Origin: Eledone cirrhosa
Lineage: Eukaryota
Reading direction: 5' to 3'
NCBI GenBank assembly: GCA_964016885.1
Contig: OZ024749.1
Location: forward strand, 6,200,001-6,264,000
Length of the DNA: 64,000 bases
Shown: in pieces, positions 54,366 through 64,000 of the stretch
How positions within the stretch are numbered: position 1 is the stretch's first letter
Layout: each line of letters begins with the position of its first letter
Position numbers and translations under genes: made by a program
Notes under the pieces: model-generated
Database searches by the model: none
What the model was told of the DNA's origin: nothing
The model's input: only the letters and a program-made list of their open reading frames with translations

Positions 54366-54597
54366 GGTAGGTAGAAGGTAACTCCCTATTTAAAATTGCT
54401 AATAATTATTGATTATTGGTTGATTTTCGTAAAACATGTTTTATTTAGAACTGTTGCCTATGAGGAATTCTAACATCATACGGTACTTCAGTACAGTGTT
54501 ATAATTCTACTTAGGCAGCAGTGTTGTCCATCAGTGTTTATAATTGTCTGGCTATATACTTGACTGGTCATCAGGAACTCAGGCAGTATGTTGGTCA

Positions 54598-54634
<37 letters not shown>

Positions 54635-54877
54635 ATTAGTACTGATTAAAGTTTAAGCAAATAATTTCTGCTTTTAACCTATTACTCTATATATACACAC
54701 AAATGCACCCACACACTCACCACACCTGCTCAGCTTTGATCTGCAATCACATCTCTGACATTTATAATTGAGTACCATATAGGAAATGCTATTGATTTAT
54801 TAGGTCAATAATTAATTGCTACCATTCAATTATGATGAAACCCTCCAACAGTCTGATGATACTGATGATAGTGATAG

Positions 54878-55300
54878 CATTTGTGTGTGTAGAAGAAAGG
54901 GTGGCCAATAGTTGTTTGTGGTGTGATTATAGTGATGGAAGTGATGATAGAGATTGTCTCTGTGTGTGTACAGGAAAGGGTGGCCAATAGTTGTTTGTGC
55001 TGTGATTATAGTGATGGCAGTGATGATAGTGATGGTCTCTGTGTGTGTAGAGGAAAGGGTGGCCAATAGTTGTTTGTGCTGTGATTATAGTGATGGCAGT
55101 GATGATAGTGATGGTCTCTGTGTGTGTAGAGGAAAGGGTGGCCAATAGTTGTTTGTGCTGTGATTATAGTGATGGCAGTGATGATAGTGATGGTCTCTGT
55201 GTGTGTAGAGGAAAGGGTGGCCAATAGTTGTTTGTGCTGTGATTATAGTGATGGCAGTGAAGATAGTGATGGTCTCTGTGTGTGTAGTGGAAAGGGTGGC
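54878..55300. repeat. 79-bp minisatellite, ~5 copies
   Basis: gtgtgtgtagaggaaagggtggccaatagttgtttgtgctgtgattatagtgatggcagtgatgatagtgatggtctct repeated. Confidence 0.95.
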
Positions 55301-56008
55301 TAGCAGCTATTTGTGTTCAGATTATTAAATATTGCTTTCATCATTTCCATGCTAGATCAATTAACTCTTAGTATCCTGTACCACATGAAAGCATATTAGC
55401 AAGACATTCTTGAAAAGTAGAAGACCGCTCTGTAACAGTATCACATTAATACTTGAAGTTTTTACTCTAATACTGCAGATAGTTAGAACAGTCAGCCAGG
55501 AAATATACCATAAACATTGAAATTATCAAACAGGTTTCAGATTTTTCTGCTAAATTATTACATGATGTTAAAAGTTAAGTAAGATTGGAATGTGCAAATG
55601 GGGATTTCTCAAACAATAATAATGATGATGATGATGATAGCAATACCACCACAACCACCACCACTCAAAACGTAAAGGGCCATAACTCTATACTGTGAAG
55701 CACAAGAACAGCAATTTAGATTGAGAAATAAATTAATTATGTCAACCCCAGTATTCAACTGGTATTTTAATGACTCCAATGCTGTAACATCTCTGCAAAA
55801 TCAACCATATTTACTTTGCCTATTTATTCCCTGATGGGTCATTAGGGGCAGAGTGTCTAGACATCATCCAGAGGGTCTTAGAAGACACAACCATCTTCAA
55901 CTGAGACCAGCCAAGCTCATGCTCATGGATGTTGGCCAACAATTCAGCCAGGTTAAGAAAAAGAAAGAATGTGATTGGAGAGAAGATGGGAGATTGGGCA
56001 GTAGCAGA

Positions 56009-56530
56009 TTCTCTTCTTCTTCACCCACTTATTCCTGAGAGTGCCGTGGGGCCTGAGTCCTCAAACGTTCCCTCCAGTGCATCCTATCTGAAGCAACCAT
56101 CTCCAACTGACCCAACTTGATCCCCAAGCATGACCAGCCAAGTTCATGGATGTTATCCAACCATCTTGCTCGGAGTCTGCAGCATTCGGTAACCAGAAGA
56201 AGGGAGGTAGGCATAAAAGCTAAACTTGCTGTCTTCAAATCGGTTTCATGCCAACCCTTACCTATGGTCATGAATCTTGGGTAATGACCGAAAGAATACA
56301 ATCATGAGTACAAGCCACCAAAATGGGGTTCCTCCTCAGAGTCTTTGAAGTAATGTTACTCGATAAAGTGCATAACTCAGAGACCAGTGAGTCACTCCTG
56401 GTAGAGCCGCTACTTCTCCGAATTGAGAGATCACAACTCCGATACTATGGGCATGTGGTTAGAATGTCTAGGGAGATATTTTATGGACAAAACCAGCTGG
56501 CAAGAGACCCAGGGGTAGACCCAGAGCAAA
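56009..56530 (-). mobile_element. RTE-clade LINE copy with 5' inversion and long target-site duplication
   Basis: Minus 56009-56175 encodes the C-terminus (RARWLDNI...DRMHWRERL) and a GAA tail. Plus 56200-56529 encodes the preceding part (PTLTYGHESW...QLRYYGHVVRM...RPRGRP). Flanking direct repeat at 55939-56001 and 56545-56607. Confidence 0.85.
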
Positions 56531-56889
56531 GAAAGAAAGAAGAGACAATTCAGCCAAAATTAAAAAAAGAAAGAATATGATTTGAGAGAAGATGGGAGAT
56601 TTGGCAGGTATTTCTAGCAATATTTGGCAGCTATTTCTACCACATAGAAGGGCCATATCCTATCCTCGGTTGCCTCATTCAACAGTAGTTTGCTGAAGCA
56701 GGGGTTTTGAATGTTAAATAATGTGATGCATTACACAACTATAAAAGTAAGTTTGATTACACACTACTTGTAGAAGACCTCCTCAGAGATATATAACTTT
56801 GGTTGAACTTATATTATCTTGGTTTTAACTTCATGTTTTACAGATAGACAAGAACAACCATCAATCATGACCATATAAGAGAATATATT

Positions 56890-58640
56890 GTGGAGGAGGA
56901 GGAGGAGTGGAAGAGTAGGTGGAGGGGGATGAGAAGAAGAAGAAAAGAAGAAGAAGAAGAAGAAGAAGAAGAAGAGGAAGAATAAGAGAAGAAGAGGGAG
57001 AACAAGAACAAGAAAAAGGAGAAGAAGAAGTAGAAGAACAAGAACAAGAAAAAGAAGAAAAAGAAGAAAAAGAAGAAAAAGAAAAAGAAGAAAAAGAAGA
57101 AAAAGAAGAAGAAGAATAAGAAGAGAAGAAGAGGAAGAAGAAGAGAAGAAGAGGAAGAAAAAGGACAAGAAAAAGAAGAAGGAGAAGAAGTAGAAGAAGA
57201 ACAAGAACAAGAAAAAGAAGAAAAAGAAGAAAAAAGAAGAAAAAAGAAGAAAAAAGAAGAAGAACAACAACAACGAGAAGAAGAAGAAGAAGAGGAAGAA
57301 ACGTGTGAATGTGCTAAACAGATACATCCCCCAGCCTCGTATTTCAACAAATGAAAAAAAAAGAAGAAAACAAGAAACAAATATATAGTAATAACAGGGA
57401 TGATGATGATGATGGTGTTGGTGTTTGGGGTTAGTGGTGGTGGGGATAATAATAGTGGTGATGGAGGTGTTGATGATGGTGGCAGTGGTGGAGGGGGGGG
57501 GGACAACATAAATGTATCATCTTTGATGAAAAATCCAGAATAAATATCGCTAACAGCAACTTTATATATTTTAGTTTTTTACCTTGTTTTTAATTTTTAT
57601 ATTTTCTTTTAGTCTTACACCACCATCATCATCATCAACCATAGTATGACCATCACCATCATCACCATCATCACCACCATCATCATCATCACCTCCACCA
57701 TCACCACCACCTCCACTGTCACCACCTCCACCATCACCATCATCATCACCACCCCCATCACTGTCACCTTCACCACAATCATCACCACCATCACCACCAC
57801 CACCACCGTCATTATCACCACCACCACCATCACTATCACTGTCACCACCATCACCATCACCACCACCACCATCACCACCACCTCCACCATCACCACCACC
57901 ATCATCCCCAACATATTTATTTTGCTGTTGTTGTTGTTGTTGAGCAAACTTTAGAATCACTTTCAACCACAACATTGAAATGTACACCTACACACATACT
58001 ACACTACACAATACACACACACATACTACACAACACACACACACATACTACACATACACACAGATATACACAGAAACACATAGACACACATACACTACAC
58101 ACATACACTACACACATAAACTCACACACATACATTCACACACACATACACTACACACATTCACATACATTCACACATACACTCACACATACATTCACAC
58201 ATACACTCACACACACACACACACACTCACAAAATCACACATACACACACACATACACATACACACACATACACTCACACACATACACACACACATACAC
58301 TACACACATTCACATACATTCACACATACACTCACACACATACACTCACATAAACTCACACATACACATACACACACACATACACACACACATACACTCA
58401 CACGCATAAACTCACACATATACATTCACACACACATACACTACACACATTCACATACATTCACACACACACACACACTCACACACACACACACTCACAC
58501 ACACAAACTCACTCATACACACACACACATACACATACACACACATACACACACATATACACACATACATACATACGCATACACACACATACATACTCAC
58601 ACATAAACACATACACAGCCCCACCCACACACACACACTG
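56890..58640. repeat. Low-complexity block: (GAA)n, (CAC/CAT)n and degenerate (CA)n
   Basis: Direct inspection. Confidence 0.9.
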
Positions 58641-59039
58641 AGATAAATCAATCTTTTATAATAAATACTGGACTGTTGAAGCTCAGTTTTATTTCATATT
58701 TTTGGTGAGTTTTTTCTTTGTTTTTCTTCAACCAATAATCCATTCTTATTGATCCTTTTCTCTCCTTCTCCCCCTCTTCTATCCCCCTTCTCCTCTTCTC
58801 TCCTTTTATCCCCCTTCTTTCCATTTCCCCACCCCTCCCCGTTTCTACCCACTCCCCGCTTCCCTCCCCCCTACCCCATGTTCGAAATAAAATAATCAAA
58901 TATAAATAAATATATAATAAATATTTAAATATTGTAAATAAATAAGTAAATAAATAAATAATTAAATAAATATATAAATAATTAAGCACATAAATAAATA
59001 AGTAAATAAATAATTATGAATAAATAAATATATAAATAA

Positions 59040-59963
59040 CTAGCAGTGGTACCCGGCGTTGCACGGGATAAGGTATTTTGGAATGCAGGCCGCCAACAGA
59101 CCTAATCGTGGATAAACTGCATGCCTGGACAATATGTAAAGAAAATAAACCGAATACCCTGATGGCTGGATAATTTTAAAGATTTTCCTTGTTGAAGAAG
59201 GAAAAATGCAGGTTTTCACTTAATGCGGGCCCTAGGGGATCAAGAAAATGAAGTTTTTTATGTACATAATATGCTTTGAAATTTCGGGAAAATCGGCTAG
59301 ACGTAACGCCTCCAAAAAGCCCTGAAAAGCTGAAAAAATGAAGTTTTTCACCTAATGCGGGCCCTAGGCCATACAAAAGTTGGACTTTCTTTGTTCACGG
59401 TATGAAGAAGAGACTGACTAATACATAGTTACAATTTCAAGGAAATCGGTCTCACGTAACGCTTCAAATAACCCCTAAAAACCTGAAAAAACGCAGTTTT
59501 CTACCTAATGTGAGCCCTAGGATATAAAAAAATCGAATTGTTTTAGGAGCATAACACTCCCTGAAAAATAAGTAATACACATGTAAAGATTGAAAAGAAT
59601 CGGTTGGGTACTTCTCGCGTTTTAGGGATTCAAACTCACAGACACACACACACATACAGAGATTCACAGGGAAGTGACGTAATGCAGACAGCCAGACATA
59701 CAGACAGATATTATAAGGGTGCGACGTTATATGTATGTATCTATCTAAAATGAGAAAGACTAAGAATTATAGAGAGAGATCGTTAAATAGCCAAATGTGG
59801 TCCCTAGGACATTGAACATTTGAAATTGTTTTGGCTCAGAACACTCCCTGAAACATAAGTATTACATGTGTAAAGTTTGAAAATAGTCGGTTGGGTGGTT
59901 CTCTAGTTTTAGGGTTTCAAACTCACACACAGACAGACATCCTTAGTTTTATATATATATAGA
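59040..59963 (-). mobile_element. Non-autonomous Helitron with internal direct repeats
   Basis: Minus strand: A|TCtatatatatataaaac ... cccgtgcaacgccgggtaccactgCTAG|T. Internal duplication ~59505-59655 vs ~59800-59935. Confidence 0.85.
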
Positions 59964-60582
59964 TTAAGCATATAAATAAATATGTAAATGAATAATCATA
60001 AATAAATAAATAAATAAATAATTAAATAAATATATAAATACATAAATATATATAAATATAAATAAATAAATATAAATACATATATATATATATGAGTAAA
60101 TAAATATTATAAATAATTAGATAAATAAATAATTAAACAAAAATAAATATCATAAATAAATAAAATAAATAAATATATAAATAAATATATAGAATAAAAA
60201 AATATATAGAATAAATAATTATTATAAATACATGAATAAATAATTAATATAAGTAAAAAAAAAAAAAACATTAAATATTGTAAATAAGTAAAACTTCATC
60301 TGTTGTTATTAACACATTTTTGACAAAAAATTATTAAAAATTATTGATGCCAAGCCAGTCTAAGTAGAGAATGATAATCAATGGAGTTCTCTTATATATA
60401 TAAGTCTGCATATATATCATCATCATCATCATCATCATCTTCGTTTAACGTCCATCTTCCACGCTAACATGGGTTATATATATATATATATATATATACG
60501 TTATTCCGGGTTGAATCGGAGGTAACCACAGTAAGTAAGGTACTCAATACATAGCAGAGTATAACAGTTTTAATATAGATGA

Positions 60583-60631
60583 GATTCTACAGGACTAGAA
60601 CTGTTTCATTCATTAGAAATCATCAGGAATC
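60583..60631 (-). ncRNA. Type I hammerhead ribozyme, same family as the 13.5-kb copy
   Basis: Minus strand: gattc-CTGATGA-tttc taat gaat-GAAA-cag ttctagtc ctg-TA-gaatc. Shares the downstream tail (gtattgagtaccttacttactgtggtta) to 60499. Confidence 0.82.
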
Positions 60632-60633
60632 GC

Positions 60634-60664
<31 letters not shown>

Positions 60665-61329
60665 TATGCACATAAACACACACACACATGTAGCATATGC
60701 AGAGAAATGCATAGACATGTAGCACATGCACAGAAACACACACACACACACACACATGTATCATATGCACATAAACACACACAGACACATGTATCATGTG
60801 CATAGAAACAGGTACACATGTAGCATGTGCACAGAACCACACACGTGGCATATGCACAGAAACACATGTGCGCATGTAGTACATGAACAAAATGCATGCA
60901 CATGTAGCATACACACAGAGGCACGCACACACGTGATACATGCACATAAAGACACACACAAGCACACATGTGGCATATGCATAGAGACACACATAACCAA
61001 GCACACATGTAACACATGAACAGAGATGCACGCCCATGTAGCATATGTACGGGAGCACACATGTAGCACATGTACAGAAACATACACTCATGTAGCATAT
61101 GCACAGAAACACACACGTGTCACATGCACACATGTGGCATATAGTCATAAATACAGACACATGTATCACATGCACAGGAGCACAAGTACATACCCACATG
61201 TAACCATATGGATAGAAACACGGACACATGTAGCATATACACAGAAACACACACATGCAGACATATTAGTTAAACATATGTATCCTTGCATGAATGCAAA
61301 TGTGTCATGATATGTCTACATGTGTGTGT

Positions 61330-62240
61330 ACATGTGTATAAGTACATGTGTGTAAGACCATGTGTGAAAGTGCATGTGTGTAAGACCATGTGTGTAAGTG
61401 CATGTGTGTAAGTGCATGTGTGTAATTGCATGTGTGTAATTGCATGTGTATAAGTACATGTGTGTAAGTGCATGTGTGTAAGACCATGTGTGAAAGTGCA
61501 TGTGTGTAAGTGCATGTGTTTAAGTGCATGTGTGTAAGTGCATATGCGTAAGTGCATGTGTGTAAGTGCATGTGTGTAAGTGCATGTGTGTAAGACCATG
61601 TGTGTAAGTGCATGTGTGTAAGACCACGTGTGTAAGACCATGTGTGTAAGACCATGTGTGTAAGACAATGTGAGTAAGATCATGTGTGTAAGACCATGTG
61701 TGTAAGTGAATGTGTGTAAGACCATATGTGTAAGACCATGTGTGTAAGATCATGTGTGAAAGTGCATGTGTGTAAGACCATGTGTGAATGTGCATGTGTG
61801 TAAGACCATGTGTGTAAGACCATGTGTGAATGTGCATGTGTGTAAGACCATGTGTGTAAGTCCATGTGTGTAAGTACATGTGTGTAAGACCATGTGTGTA
61901 AGTCCATGTGTGTAAGACCATATGTGTAAGTCCATGTGTGTAAGACCATATGTGTAAGCACATGTGCATACGTGCATGTGTGTAAGTGCATGTGTGTAAG
62001 TACATGTGCATATGTGAATGTGCATAAGTGCATGTGTGTAAGTACATGTGTGTAAGTGCATGTGTGTAAGTGCATGTGTGTAAGTACATGTGCGTAAGAC
62101 CATGTGTGTAAGTGCATGTGCATAAGTGCATGTGTGTAAGTACATGTGTGTAAGTGAATGTGTGTAAGTACATGTGCATAAGTACATGTGTGTAAGTGAA
62201 TGTGTGTAAGTACATGTGCATAAGTACATGTGTGTAAGTG
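61330..62240. repeat. 14-bp minisatellite CATGTGTGTAAG(TG/AC/TA)
   Basis: Direct inspection. Confidence 0.9.
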
Positions 62241-62322
62241 TATGTGTTTCTATACATACTTATGTTTGTCTCGCTGTCGGAATGTGCGCATTTATGCATA
62301 TATTTTCTTATGCATATATATG

Positions 62323-62411
<89 letters not shown>

Positions 62412-62474
62412 GAAGTATTTCCGTAGGAAAGGTACAGGAAGAGGGAGTGCTCTATGTAGGCTACAGAGCTTATT

Positions 62475-62600
62475 AGTTATGTGATAAACAACATAAGATA
62501 ATTATTATTCATTCTGACGACTGAAGACAGATATAAATATTTGTCTTCAAGAAACCACTGGTAAATTAAATGATTATCTTATGTTGTTTATTATATAACT
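62475..62600 (+). ncRNA. Type I hammerhead ribozyme whose helix I is extended into a long hairpin
   Basis: att-CTGACGA-c tgaagaca..tgtcttca a-GAAA-ccactgg-TA-aat. Flanks agttatgtgataaacaacataagataat / attatcttatgttgtttattatataact are complementary. Confidence 0.78.
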
Positions 62601-62805
62601 ATATATATATATATATATATATCATCATCATCTTCGTTTAATGTCCATCTTCCATGCTAGTATGGGTTAGACAGGAGTTATCCCACTTGCGGCAAGGTTG
62701 GTCGGGTGACCGTGTCTCGCTTATATAGGACTATCTGGCAGGTTTTCTACAGCTGGATGCCCTTCCTAACACCAACCACATTTATATATATATATATATA
62801 GATAT

Positions 62806-63150
62806 GAAGGCACATGGCTTAGTGGTTAGAGAATTGGCCTTGCAATCGAAAGGTTGTGAGTTCAATTCTCAGACCAGGTGATGTGTTGTTTCCTTGAGCA
62901 AGACACTTTATTTCACATTGCTTCAGTTTACTCAGCTGTAGAAATGAGATGATAGGGACTGGGGTCCCTAACATTCCACTGCAAAATGGTTTCGCGGGTG
63001 TCACGGCAAAAAAGCACCCAGCACTCACTGTAAATGAGGTTGGTGTTAGGAAGGGCATCCAGCTGTAGAAATCAGGCCAGAATCAGTTCCCGTGTCACCC
63101 TTGCAAGTAGGGAAAAGCGGACATAAAATGATGATGATGATGATGATGAT
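62806..63150 (+). mobile_element. SINE A
   Basis: Family consensus match. Confidence 0.92.
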
Positions 63151-63164
63151 AGATAGATAGATAA

Positions 63165-63195
<31 letters not shown>

Positions 63196-63216
63196 TATAA
63201 ATGTTGAGGGTTTGTG

Positions 63217-63263
<47 letters not shown>

Positions 63264-63264
<1 letters not shown>

Positions 63265-63551
63265 TAGAAAGTGAGGTTTTTTTTACAAAATGAAAAATAA
63301 CCGAGGTGTCCTACTCGAGTGAAAGTATAAAGAAAAAGAGATGAAATCGAAAATGCAACTGAAGTCTTATTTTTTTTTAAAATATATATATTTATTTGGT
63401 TCCTTTATATATATTTATTTGGTTCCATCTCAACTCACCTTTTGAAAAGCAGAAGAACTGCGAAACCGGTAAAGGAACCAAATAAATATATATATATTTT
63501 TTTTAAATAAGACTCCAATTGCATTTTCGATTTCATCTCTTTTTCTTTATA
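63264..63551. repeat. Fold-back insert between (TA)n tracts
   Basis: Arms 63326-63407 and 63470-63551; the loop contains the degenerate HHR. Confidence 0.85.
63438..63475 (+). ncRNA. Degenerate minimal hammerhead (core TTGAAAA) in the loop of a fold-back insert
   Basis: cctt-TTGAAAA-gcag aagaa ctgc-GAAA-ccgg-TA-aagg; two core substitutions. Confidence 0.6.
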
Positions 63552-63775
63552 TATATATATATATATGTGTGTGTATACATACATACATGTGTTTGCTCCT
63601 GTACACAGTCATTTATGCGTTTATTAAGTTCCATTGTTTAGTTAAGTACAATAGCAATTTCCAGTGCCATTCATTCGTGAGGTACAATATAAACATATAT
63701 AATACACCAAACACAATTGAAAATATAGTTTAAACAACGTACAAATCACATACATATACAACATTAATAATAAAC

Positions 63776-63821
<46 letters not shown>

Positions 63822-63897
63822 ATGTATATAGTGTATGTATATATATATATATATATATATGTGTATGTATATATATATATATATGTGTATGTATATA

Positions 63898-63955
<58 letters not shown>

Positions 63956-64000
63956 GTTTCATCATCATTTTACGTCTGCTACAAAGTATATATATATGTG

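Noticed and set aside
54361-54600. Possible DNA-transposon end between TA tracts
   Set aside because: No matching second TIR or second copy in the window.
56809-57987. Poly-E/K/F/S and G/D-rich ORFs
   Set aside because: Trinucleotide low-complexity DNA with no splice or domain evidence.

Overview
Eukaryotic, AT-rich, extremely (TA)n/(CA)n-microsatellite-rich DNA whose repeat content suggests an octopod cephalopod (inference). The only host coding sequence I can support is one 160-bp minus-strand exon of the cilia gene CCDC39 (22377-22536), so most of the window is probably giant intron. The remainder is a transposon mosaic: a 5'-truncated but open RTE-clade LINE with a PHD-like finger inside its RT, many RTE 3' fragments, two tRNA-derived SINE families (one sharing the RTE tail), a decayed Penelope-like element (PLE) with RT, GIY-YIG and inverted pLTRs, CR1, CRE-like and mariner fragments, two non-autonomous Helitrons, piggyBac- and Tc1-type MITEs, a 5S rRNA-SINE chimeric retrocopy, and a 14.9-kb 30/35-bp satellite with a ~5.5-kb higher-order duplication. 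The most striking signal is about a dozen short fold-back (palindromic) inserts, most sitting in (TA)n tracts. Several carry type I hammerhead ribozyme (HHR) motifs from different sequence families, and their inversion axes repeatedly fall in or beside ribozyme helix I or II. Most ORFs in the supplied track are microsatellite artefacts. All folds and alignments were done by eye.
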